NCBI RefSeq assembly: GCF_964355755.1
Contig: NC_092670.1
Coordinates: 9,104,201-9,168,200 of the forward strand
Source of the DNA: Antedon mediterranea
Taxonomy: Eukaryota; Animalia; Echinodermata
Length of the DNA: 64,000 bases
Direction: 5' to 3'
Under the pieces are notes generated by a model. The model was not told the DNA's origin, searched no databases, and saw only the letters and a list, made by a program, of their open reading frames with translations. Each line of letters begins with the position of its first letter. Positions within the stretch are counted from its first letter, which is position 1. Positions 44,001-56,000 of this stretch are shown one piece after another. The position numbers were made by a program, and so were the translations under genes.

Positions 44001-47000
44001 GGTCTACACAAGAACAAAATTATTTCTTGTCTTAATTCTTATGGTGCTCTCTTGACCATCATCACCGTCTTCTTTAAACTGTATGCATCAGTTGACTTGA
44101 AATGATGCCAAATTATGCCGTTATGAGTCTTTCCAGAAGGAATAGGTCCTGGTGTGAGGTAAAGCCCATTCAGGTTTGATTTATAACAGTTATTGTACCA
44201 CCAAGCACCTTTGTATTTCTCAGCACAGTTAGCACTATACTTATCATTGTCTGTATCATACGTTGAAAATTGTTGACCATTTTGATTTGCCAAAGAGTCA
44301 CCTAAACAAACAAAATAATAAATCATAATTTAATATTTTTAAAATCTTTTATACTATATGCTCCATTGTGTTTGTAATTTACAATCTTGTGATGGTTACC
44401 TATATGCTAAACGTTACTATAGGCAAAAAAATAACTTTGTTGATAACTGAAATAAAATATCTCTAACACCAATTGATCAATAAATCTATAATAAGATTTG
44501 CTTTGTTAAGTACACATATCCACTACTGAGACAAAATAATTGTATTAAATATAATTATATGATACTGTATGATAATCTATTATAATAATATAATATTAAT
44601 TATTATATTATACCCACAGCATTGTCATTTTTTCAGTAATTTGCCTTTGGATTAATTATTATATTATATATATTTTTATATAAAAATGTGTATGTATGTA
44701 TTGTAGATTGATTTAGAATTTAAATATTTACAGTTTTATTATGTTATTATATTATTTAGTGATTATTCATAATTATGTTCATGTTGTCACATGGTACAGA
44801 TGGTTTACACCCACTCTATTTACACCCATTTGGCTGAAATATTAAATGTTAATCTTTTGCACATATGTACCTTAAAATGTGTTTTTTAGGGTAAAACTAA
44901 TTATATTGAATGAAGGTATACTAACCAGCTGTTCCTGTGTATCCATTGACTCTTATAGTATAGTTAGACCATTCAGTACCAATGCGAAAGTGAGAATATC
45001 TTGCAAACTTTATTTCATCCAAGTGATCAGTCATCTCTACTAATAGCTCAAAATCACCATCAGATGTTATACGGTGGATTTGTTCATTACCAAGCCAGAA
45101 CTCAGTGTGCACGTTTCCAAAACCTGTTTTGTATTCTGTCCAATTACGGTAGAAATTAACCAATACGTCTTCTCTTCTTTGTATCACCTGATTTTGAAAA
45201 TATATCAAACTTTTGTAGCACTGACAAACATTCCCTTCTACCGAGAAATAATATATATACAGTATATATAAACATCACAGGCACAGAATAAATTCTAAAC
45301 TGCCCGGTGAAATTTAATGAATTAATTTGAAACAATAAAGATGAGGAAATCTGTGAGAATGAGAAAAAGTCCCTCCAACCAAGATTCGAACCCCGGACCT
45401 CCTGCTTGATATGCAGATGTCCTAACCATTAGACCACTGGGGCTTTCATGGTATTGTTCAAACTTGTTTGGATAGCGACTCTTTAACATTCTAGGCGTGG
45501 TACAGCGGAACAGCACTAGTCCCTCAATTGTACGCACGCGCACCAGAGATAAAATTGATACGATATATATTATTTTTGTAACGAATTTACCAATAATGTT
45601 ACTAGAAGTAGCCAATAATTATATTGTAGAATCTAAATTTTTACTACACATTGTTGTAGTGCTTTGTTTTAAACATTTTTTTATTCATATAAACCATAGC
45701 AATTAATATAATTACTATCTCATGCTCTGAATAAATTGGTACTCACTGTCCAACCACCATCTTCCTTCATGTCACAGTAGACAGTAAATTCTGGTCGTCC
45801 ATCACTTGGCTGTATTACGTAATTACCACTTTGAGCAGAAGGATTGTTCTCCAAAATTTGACTACAGTCCTGGCTGAAACACTCTAAATAGACATTTCAT
45901 TTAAATTAGAAAGTAAATATATAATCTTCACCACATTTAGTATGGTCTGTTTTTTCCTAATACTGAAGAATCATACTATTATGCAATATATTTCATTTGC
46001 TTATTCTTAAATTTATTTATTTTTAAACGCCAAAGTTGATGTAACAAAATGACAAAAAGAGGTTAGATTAGAAAGAGATTTCTCTTGTGGAATTTAAAAG
46101 TAATATTACATGAATATAGCAAAGAAGATCAAGCCCAGAATAAATTAATATTTTGATCAGATGTTCTCCAGCTTATTCTTATTGTTGTGGATACCCAGTA
46201 TATTGTGCAATTGAGATACAAAAACAAACAATAGGACAGGTATTTTATTTCAATGCCTGTTTTATTGTTTATTCTTTTGTTTAATGTAATAGCATAGATA
46301 TTGATAATGCAAATAATTATTATGAATAAATCATAACAATAATCCATTCTAGAGACAAAAAAGTGTATTAATTTGAAAATTTGAATGGATATAGAATAAA
46401 TTTTGAAATCTGAAAAAAAGTCCTGAATTGCGGGTGACCATTTCCTCGTTTATCAACATATGTACTTACTTATTGGACATCCAGGATTTTCAGGATCTTT
46501 TACAATTGGGTGACTAGCAGACATCACAAATAACAAACAGCCAATTAATATTATTCTGGAATCCATTCTGTATCACAAATAAAGCTTCTTCACACAATGT
46601 TATAACTGACAGCTTTACTTTCTAGACTATGTTTGATACAGACAAGTCTCCTATATATAGGCATAACTCTAAGATAAATCTGGGTTAAGTACAATACTTT
46701 AACAATAGAGAACTTTAAGGAAACATTAAAAATCGGAAGCAATTCTTTTGATGGCAGAAAACATTCTACTTTAAGGAAACATACTTCCTTATATTAAGAG
46801 AGCAAACGTCACATGTTGGAAGCAATCCTCCTTGTTTTATTGTGTAAAATTTCCCCTTTCTTTCCCAACAACAATTCATTATCTGACGATGTTGATTAAT
46901 AAGGAGGTAATTATTATTGTTTTAGATAAATATGTTCTTTAAGTTTTCTTTATTGCTTTCCTGTCACGTCAGCCCTGGATAAAGTTGGCTATTTTTTTCC

Positions 47001-50000
47001 CATAGATTTTTATTACATTAATATTTTTTACAGGAATCTGCGTACAAATGAAAGCTTGCTCACAGTATTTCCAGTCATGTTATTGTTTTACCTTTGATAA
47101 TATTTATGGAAGCCAGCCATACACATAGTTTACTATAGATGCTGATGCCCAATAAATTTTAAATAGCACATTCTGTGTAGAAATAAATTATATTATTGTT
47201 TGGTCATCCTTCTATTAAGCTGGTTACAGTACCAGAAACTAGAGACTACTATGTTTGCAACAAATTGACAAATTCTAATATGTAATTTATTATATTAAAT
47301 AATGATGTAGCACTCCCAACATAATGTTAAAAGTTTTGTATGACAAATAAACACTCGTAAAGTCAAGTTTTCGGCACACCATTTGATTTCAATAGTATTT
47401 GGTAGAAATCGGTTGTAGCATATGTACAAATGAAACACCGCAACAAATTAATTTCTCAACTTTATTATTTCTTTTTTTCGGAATCACATTGTATACTGCA
47501 AACCGTTTCTTTTTAGTTAGTTTTGAAACATTTAATGATTCCAATACAACATGATAAATTGGAAACATTTTAACAAGTGGTATTTCTTATGCTGCTCTCT
47601 TGACCATCATCACTGCTTTCTTGTAACTGTAAGCAGAAGTTGTCTTGAAATGATACCAATTTATTCCGTTATGAGGATTTCCAGAAGGAATAGGTCCTGG
47701 TGTGAGGTAAAGGCCATTCAGGTTTGAATTATAACATTCTTTGTACCACCAAGCACCTTTGTGTATCTCAGCAAAGTTAGTACCATACATATCATTGTCT
47801 TTATCATACGTTGTAAATTTTTGACCATTGTGGTATGCCAAAGAGTCACCTACACAAACAAAATATTAAATCATAACTGAATACTTTATAAATCTTTTAT
47901 ACATAGTATCACCACTCAACGGGGCAAATTGCCATCCAACTTTTCTAAACCAGAATTATCAATCAGGATAGAAAGCTTTTTCGAGATATAAGGAGTCGAA
48001 GTTCAAAATTGACCAATTACAACAATGTATTATGTAGTATAATCAGTATATATTGAAGTTCAATTTAATACATTTGTATGGTTATATGTATCTATTCAGT
48101 CACCATATAAAAAAAAATCTTTTACGATTAAAGATCAAAATTTGCCTATAAAAACCAAATAAAAACTAACATTTAATATCAAATGTGATGTTTTCTCATC
48201 CTGTTAATCAATCATACGCAATGTAAAAGACCACAATCCTTTCATCAGTTAACACAAGGTCAAATGTTAACATTTTAATTTTTTTTCATGAAGTGACTGA
48301 ATAGATACCTATATTCATAAAAAATAAATTAGTAATTTACATGTTTACCAACCTGCTGTTCCTGTGTATCCACTAATTCTCAAAGTATAGTCAGACCACT
48401 CAGTACCAACACGAAAGTGAGAATATCTTGCAAACTTCATTACATTCAAGTGATCTCTACTAAGAGCTCAAAATCCTCATCAGATGTTATACGGTTGATC
48501 TGTTCATTACCAAGCCAGAACTCTGAGTGCACATTTCCAAAACCCTCTTTGTATTCTGTCCAATTACGGTAGAAATTAACCAATCCGTCTTCTCTTCTTT
48601 GTATCACCTGATAATGATAGAAAGTACTTGATAAAAACGACTGTAACAGTCAACTGTGCATCTAATGCCTTGTTGTCCATAAGCCAGGTCAGCAGTGTGC
48701 CTTGATATAATGTTGTCTATTGGCACAAAGAACTACAGAAGGCACACAGTTGACTATGTTGATAGAAAAATCACATTAGACCCACTGTGTTGATAGTAAA
48801 TAATAAATTAGGAAAAATGAAAAAAAAAAACCTAATTGGATTCAGTGGTCGTGGCTATAGAAAATAATAATTTACATGCACAGTTGACTATGCTGATAGT
48901 CACAATACCAGACATATAGATTTATAAATAGTTCCTACAGTAAAACTGATTGACTGACACATTTTAACAGACTCACAAACAAACAAACAAAAATGTAACC
49001 TTCCTAGAGGTAAAAATAATGTATAATGCTAGACAATGGCACAGATCCGTTTTTTATAGTAGGGGGAACGTATAAAAATGAACTATGGTGGGGGAACAAG
49101 GGGGCAGGGGGCTGCCAAGGGCCCTAGGTCGGGGCCCGGCTCTTTGAGTAATTTATAGGTCTTTTCAATATATTTCTGAGCACATAAAAATTGTAAATTT
49201 TGCCCACGATTTTGTCTTTGTCTTTTATTATTCGCTTTAATTTATGAGCCTTTACGTTCCACCGATGCATTCAGAATTCACGCAGTCCATGCTAATGGCT
49301 AAAGAGGATCATCAAAGCAACGTTAAGCATTCTGAAACATAGTTTTACCACAGGTGGATCCAAGATCTGCCGCCCGGAAAAATACAATTATTTTGGGTTA
49401 CGCACTTTTTAGGCACTGGTCTTGATGCGCCACTGGTTATATTCATGCAAAATCTATTCTTCTTAGATACTCTATTTTCTGAAATTACATACAATAGGTA
49501 TGTCATGCGTGTCATAGAAATATGTGGGGGGAGGGGGTGCATGTTCCCCTCATCACTAACAAGGATCTGCGCCGGTGATGCTAGTTAATACCTAAAACAT
49601 TCAATCTTACTCACTGTCCAACCTCCATCTTTCCTCATGTCACAGTAGACAGTAAATTCTGGTCTTCCATCACTTGGCTGTATTACGTAATTACCACTCG
49701 CAGCGGAAGGATCATTTTGCAAAATTTCATCACAGTCCTGGCTAAAACACTCTAGTACAAAATTGATTTTATTGATTAAGAATGACAAATGCTGTACTGA
49801 TATTATAAAATAAATGTAAACTCCAATGACAATTTTATTATTTTTACTAAGATACTTTCCTTGAAGCAAAAGAGGTCTTGTTTGATACGTACACTTTAAA
49901 AGAAAAGATTTATAAAACAAACTATTAAAGCCTAAATACTTTTTATCTTCTAGTAATTTTTACATAATATGTATATCATTTATCCATTATTAATTTTTTC

Positions 50001-53000
50001 AGTAGCAACATTTCTGTATACTGAATAACTCTTTATTATTGATCTATTTCTTTTTCTAAATTTGGGATTTTCTACCTACAGCAGCACAATTCAACTTACT
50101 TGGAGGGGGACACACATCCTGACTTTCAGCTTCTTCTGTCTGGTCACATGTAGCCAGTACAACCAACGTACAGCCAATCACTATTGCTCGGAAATCCATA
50201 TTGCATAACATGACTCAATACAATTGGAAGTTTGAATATGTTTGATCTAAAAAAGAATGAGATCATTCATTATAAATATCATGGGTTTAATATCGTTTGC
50301 AAAAAAAACAACCAATAATCACCAGCCTATAATTAGTGAATGGAGTTGACACTCTGAAATTGTAATAAATAAATAAAAATGCTTCAACATTTATTTAATG
50401 TTTCTAAATCTATCTAAATTGATATATAAACAGAAATGTAATAACTGTACTTACAACTGTCACGCTTTCAATGTTCTCTATACATCAGCTAAGACGGTGA
50501 TCGTCTGTGGCCCCGCACACAGTATAGTACAGTATTGGAACAACTTCTCTTTTATAGAGGTTGATTGGGGAACCATCCAGATGTTTCCTAACCATACTCA
50601 TTCAAATTAAGAGGTTTATCAAAGTTTGTCTTTGTAATCTGAATGTTACAACTTACATTGTGGTTCACAGTATTTGAATATCTATCCAAAGTTTGTTTAA
50701 TTGTAGTGCCTAATTGATTCGTGAATGAGATGAAACTGTAACTGGTTGGATTTCAAAATAAATTTTAGTGCCTAATTGATTCGTGAATGAGATAAACTGT
50801 AACTGGTAAACATTTGTGACAGAATTGTGGATTTTTAAAGAAATAGTTTGTTTAGCCAATTGATTCGTGAATGATATTAAACACTTTTGTAATTTGTTTT
50901 GTGCAAACACTCAAGGCAGGATGATAAGCTTTTTTTGCAGTACCACGAGACATTCCAAGCCCTGGACGTTCAAAAGCGGATCATATTCTATTGATTTTGA
51001 AATCGTTTGGGGTGGGATGGGTTGGGTCATAACAATTTACAACAATTTATTCATTCATCTTTTATTGGTATAATTCATATAAAAGTCAGAAAATGTTTTT
51101 AAAAAATATAAAAGAAAATTAGAAATTCTAAGAATGTTTGATAAGATGCTTTTGAGTATTTAATTTAATATTATTTCATTCCGTCAAAACTAGTTTTGTA
51201 TTTCTGTTTTTGTTGAAATGTTAATCTCCAATACCCCCTTAAATTATATAGAAAATTTAGCCATGTTGACATTTGACCTGTATAAACAGAGCATCATAAG
51301 ACTAAGAGCTATAAAAAAAAGTTGTCGATCATTTCAATATACAGTAGTTTTATTTTTCTTTCAGGAAGTTGCAATTTGGACATGGTGAAAGTTCACATCT
51401 GCTAGTCTCCACTACAGCCACTATAATGTGTGTTTGGAACCTTCTTACATGCTCTAGTAAGTTTTTAATCAATATAGTACACTTAACAAAAACACTGTAT
51501 TTGGATGACCAAATAATAATATGTGGTTTGTGTTGAAGTATGAATTTTATAGTAGGCAAAACAATTTTTTTTTTTTGACCAATTGCAGATCATTATGGAC
51601 CCTTGGAGGTTCACAAACATATACACAAGATGCTCTACATAAACAAAGTCTTATTACAAGTCTTTGGGAGTGTAGTAAAAATACTAACATGTGACGGGAG
51701 TTGAACCCATGACCCTTGGAGTGGTAGCAAGCATCATAATCACCAAGCCTACTCCACTCTAAGATCATGCCTGTTTTCCACTTAAAGCAAAGAGTATTAT
51801 ATGTTTCTAAATTGTCTTTACATAAAATCACAAAATGATGGGTTAACGAGAAAAGCAAAGATTTCATTTGACTGTGGCTTGACATATATTTTATGAAATG
51901 TAAAAATAAAAGTGATCATGTTATATTCATTGTGGGTTTTTTTTTTCAGTGAGTTGGAATGTCTGTATGGATGTGTCTATTCTACTTTGTGATCCCTTAT
52001 CACAATACTGGGTCGCAATTGATTCTACAAAAACATGTGAGGTTTTTTTAAATTATTGTTTTAAGACATTTAACAAAACTATGCAATTCTCCTATCTGGC
52101 AGACTTAATCCATATTAGGAAATAATTATAATAAAGATTCTAATTACTTGTATGTTCCTCGATGACATTGCTTCCTCTCCTGTACCCCCCCCCCCCCCCA
52201 TTTGTGTCTCCTGACAGAAATCTAAAGGATAATATAAAAGGTTGATTGTCACTAGACATAACACCTTCGCGAATGACCAAGTCTTTGAGCGGACATGGCC
52301 ATTACAAACATAACGCTAAACATAAATAAACTGACAACTTTTGACCCAGAGAACATCGCCATTATGATAATTAAGTTACGGTAAATTTCGATTGCTGATT
52401 GAAACGACTTCACCACTTTTGAAGTCCCAGTGTGCACATCACGTTTGTTGTTGAATGGGCAAAAATTAACGAGTGTTTTAGATTCTCACTTTGTGGTTGT
52501 AGGGCTACGACGAGTTGTTGACAGGTTCTTTTTGGTTGTAAGGGGACATGATAATTTGTTGGGCCTTGTAGGTGCCCCCTAAAAGTGGTTTTACTGAATT
52601 CTTTTTACAATTATTCTACTTTAATATTTACATTTTACTAAACATTAACAATGGTGAAATTACTTTCTGGTTTCTACATTTCAGTATATGTGTTTGAGGC
52701 AAACAGTCCAAAGCCGGTTGCAACTTATCAGAAGTCTTTTAAAGGTCAAATTATCAGTGGAATATTTATTCCTCGTCTTCAACCACTGTCAGAGGAAGAA
52801 AGAGAGAATGAAGATGTATTCCCATGGCTACAGAGGTCACAACTATACATGATGACAAAAAAGCAAGATTTGTACACAGTTGTTAGTAAACAAGAAGCTG
52901 AGAGGGAAGAAAAGAAGAATGCTCAGAGAGTGGTGAGTATGATTACAAGTAGAGAGTCAACAGGGCAGGGACTCTATAAAATGACACTCTCTAGTTGTAA

Positions 53001-56000
53001 AATACCTCTATGGTTTTAACACACATCCAAAAGGAAACACATGTGTCACCAGCTGCAGAATAGAAGCTCATACACTTAACTAGTCTCAAATTAGGTTTAG
53101 GTAGCGATTCTGCTTTTGGCCATGAGAAAAATCCTAAAAACACTGATCACTGTCAGGATTTGAATTTAGGATCCAGTAATTTGTAAACAAGCATGTAGTG
53201 ATCAAACTAAACGCATACATTGTAAACAAACAACATTTTAATACACATACGCATGGGGAATAAGGTCAGACACTATAAAGCAATGATGTATGTTTATGCT
53301 ATAAAATCAAGAGGATTAAAGTTAAATTTGATAATCAATGTATATTCATTTTCAGCAAGGGATTCAAGAAAATCTACCGGCAACTCCTTTCAGCTTGTTA
53401 ATTGAACAAAATAAGGAACGAACATTGGATGTGAAAGAAAGAGTAGAATCTGCCAAATTATATGGCAACCCAAGTTCAGATGCTATTAGAAATGTGAGTT
53501 TTTATATTCCACGAGTCAAATTTATCGGACCTGTCAATTTTATTATGTACACAATAATACTGTTATTTTATATGCTGTATGTGATTAATACAATCAGACT
53601 TTGAATGGGCCATTTTACATTTTTAGTGAAAAAAAACAACAAAAATAGTCTTTTTTTAAGATATTTTTTTAATGTTTAAATTTAACTTTAAACAACAAAT
53701 AGACAATTTAATCATTTTTAAATTACCAACTTTTCAGGTAAATAATTGTGTTTATCCTATTTTTTTGTCAAAACAATTTTACAAATATATTTTTTCATGG
53801 GGACGAGTATATTTTGAACTTAAACGTAGTAATATGCATTTGTCATTTTAATAGATGTGAATATGTAAATTTATTAAGGTTTAAGAAAAAATGTTAACTT
53901 TATGTAAATGTTTTTTTTTCTACACAGCTGTTGAGTGCACCTGCTCATGTATTGCCTCCAGTACGGACATTATGCAGCTCTTTCATCAGGGCTCACCTTC
54001 CCAAGATGCATCAGGACAGGTTGAGTTTTGACTTTCTTACTAATCTTTTATTTTATTTTTTACTAATATTTTTTTATTGAAAATGATTTATAGGCAGTGG
54101 TCCTTAGACAAGGAACCATAAAAACTATACCATTGAATTATATAGTAAATATAGATATAATTGGTGCACAAAATGAAGTTGCAGAATCTAAAGTTAGTAT
54201 ATATGTATGTACTGTACTCTTGTAAAAAATTGTTTTACAAATATTTTCTTTATTTAAAGAGTAATTTTAACTAAAAAAGATAACGGTGGTGATAGTTATA
54301 AATAAGAAAGGATAAAGATCCCAGATTATCTTTATTATAAAAGAACTTCAGCAGGACTGGCTCAAATTGGGATTCAAATGGATAATGTCTCCGATCTCGC
54401 TGACCAATACAATAATGTATTGCAGTACATCCTTGACCAACATGCTCCGTTAACAACTAAACTGGTCACCATTAGACCACGGGCACCATGGTACACGAAT
54501 GAACTCCGTGAAGCGAAGTGCGTCAAACGGAGATCAGAACGCAGAATGTTGAAATCTGGTTTGGATATCGACAAACAGAGGTACAAGTTGGAATGCAAAG
54601 CATATAAAGATATGCTAGATCTAGCAAAATGCAATTATCATCGCAATGAAATCGCTAATGCGGATGACAAGAACCTTTTCCGCATCATAAGTAAACTGTA
54701 CTCGGTCGATTCTTCTCCTGTTCTGCAAAAACACACATCTTCAATGGATCTCGCAAACCAGTTTGGCTGTTTCTTTAATGAAAAGATTCTGAAGATTTGC
54801 AAGAAACTTAACTCCATAAACACTCCACTAATAACTGTCAACGTCGACGAGTCATGTAATAGTAGTTTCGCTGAATTTGAGCAAACATCAGAAGATACGG
54901 TACGCAAAGTCATCGCTGAAAGCGCATCTAAGTCCAGTAGACTTGACCCAATTCCAACACGGTTACTAAAAAACTGCATTGACGCTCTACTACCGCATAT
55001 CACTAAAATCGTCAACATGTCGCTGTCATCAGGTACTGTACCATCTGCATTTAAATTGTCCCTCCTTATGCCACTGTTGAAAAAGCAAAATCTCGACTCC
55101 AACGTCCTACAAAATTATAGACCAATAGCAAATCTTCCCTTCCTTTTCAAAGTCTTGGAAAGAATTGCAACTGCTCAGATAAAAGCATATATGGATGAAC
55201 ATTTCCTGTTTTCAAAAGTCCAATCAGCCTACCGCCGCTTCCACTCAACTGAAACCGCTTTATTACGTGTTACAAACGATCTACTACTTGCTTTAGACAA
55301 AGGTAATGAAGCGGTACTTATTCTACTCGACTACTCCGCCGCATTTGACACTATCAATCATGATTTATTATTTCAACGTCTTCAGAAAAGATACGGCATA
55401 AGCGGAACCGCATTGAAATGGTTTATTTCATATTTTGAGAATCGTAGACAAGCAATCATTGTGGGTGATTCGATGTCTGATGAGTTCGCTCTACCCTGGG
55501 GTGTACCGCAGGGATCCGTAAAAGGTCCACTCGATTTCATCTTATACACTGGACCACTCAGCAACATCATTGATTCCCACCCGGAAGTTCGTCATATGAT
55601 CTATGCAGATGACACTCAACTATATTTAATCATGAAACCTACACATCACTCTGAATCTGTTAACAGCCTTGAATCATGCATTGCAGATGTTCGCTCATGG
55701 GCCATTCAAAATAAACTCATGCTCAACGACTCCAAGACTGAAATGATCCATTTTCATTCAAAGTTCCGCGAGGCATCATCATTTCCTTTGGTCCATATCG
55801 GAGATACTTGTGTCTCTACCTCCAGCTCAGCCAGAAATCTAGGTGTCCAACTAGACAACAGCCTCGGTTTAAAAGAACACATTCGTAATGTTTGCCGTGG
55901 TGCTTCCTTTGGAATTTACCAGATCGGCCAGATTCGTAAGTACCTTGACAAAACATCAACTGAACGTCTTGTTCATGCTTTTGTTTCATCTCGTCTGGAC

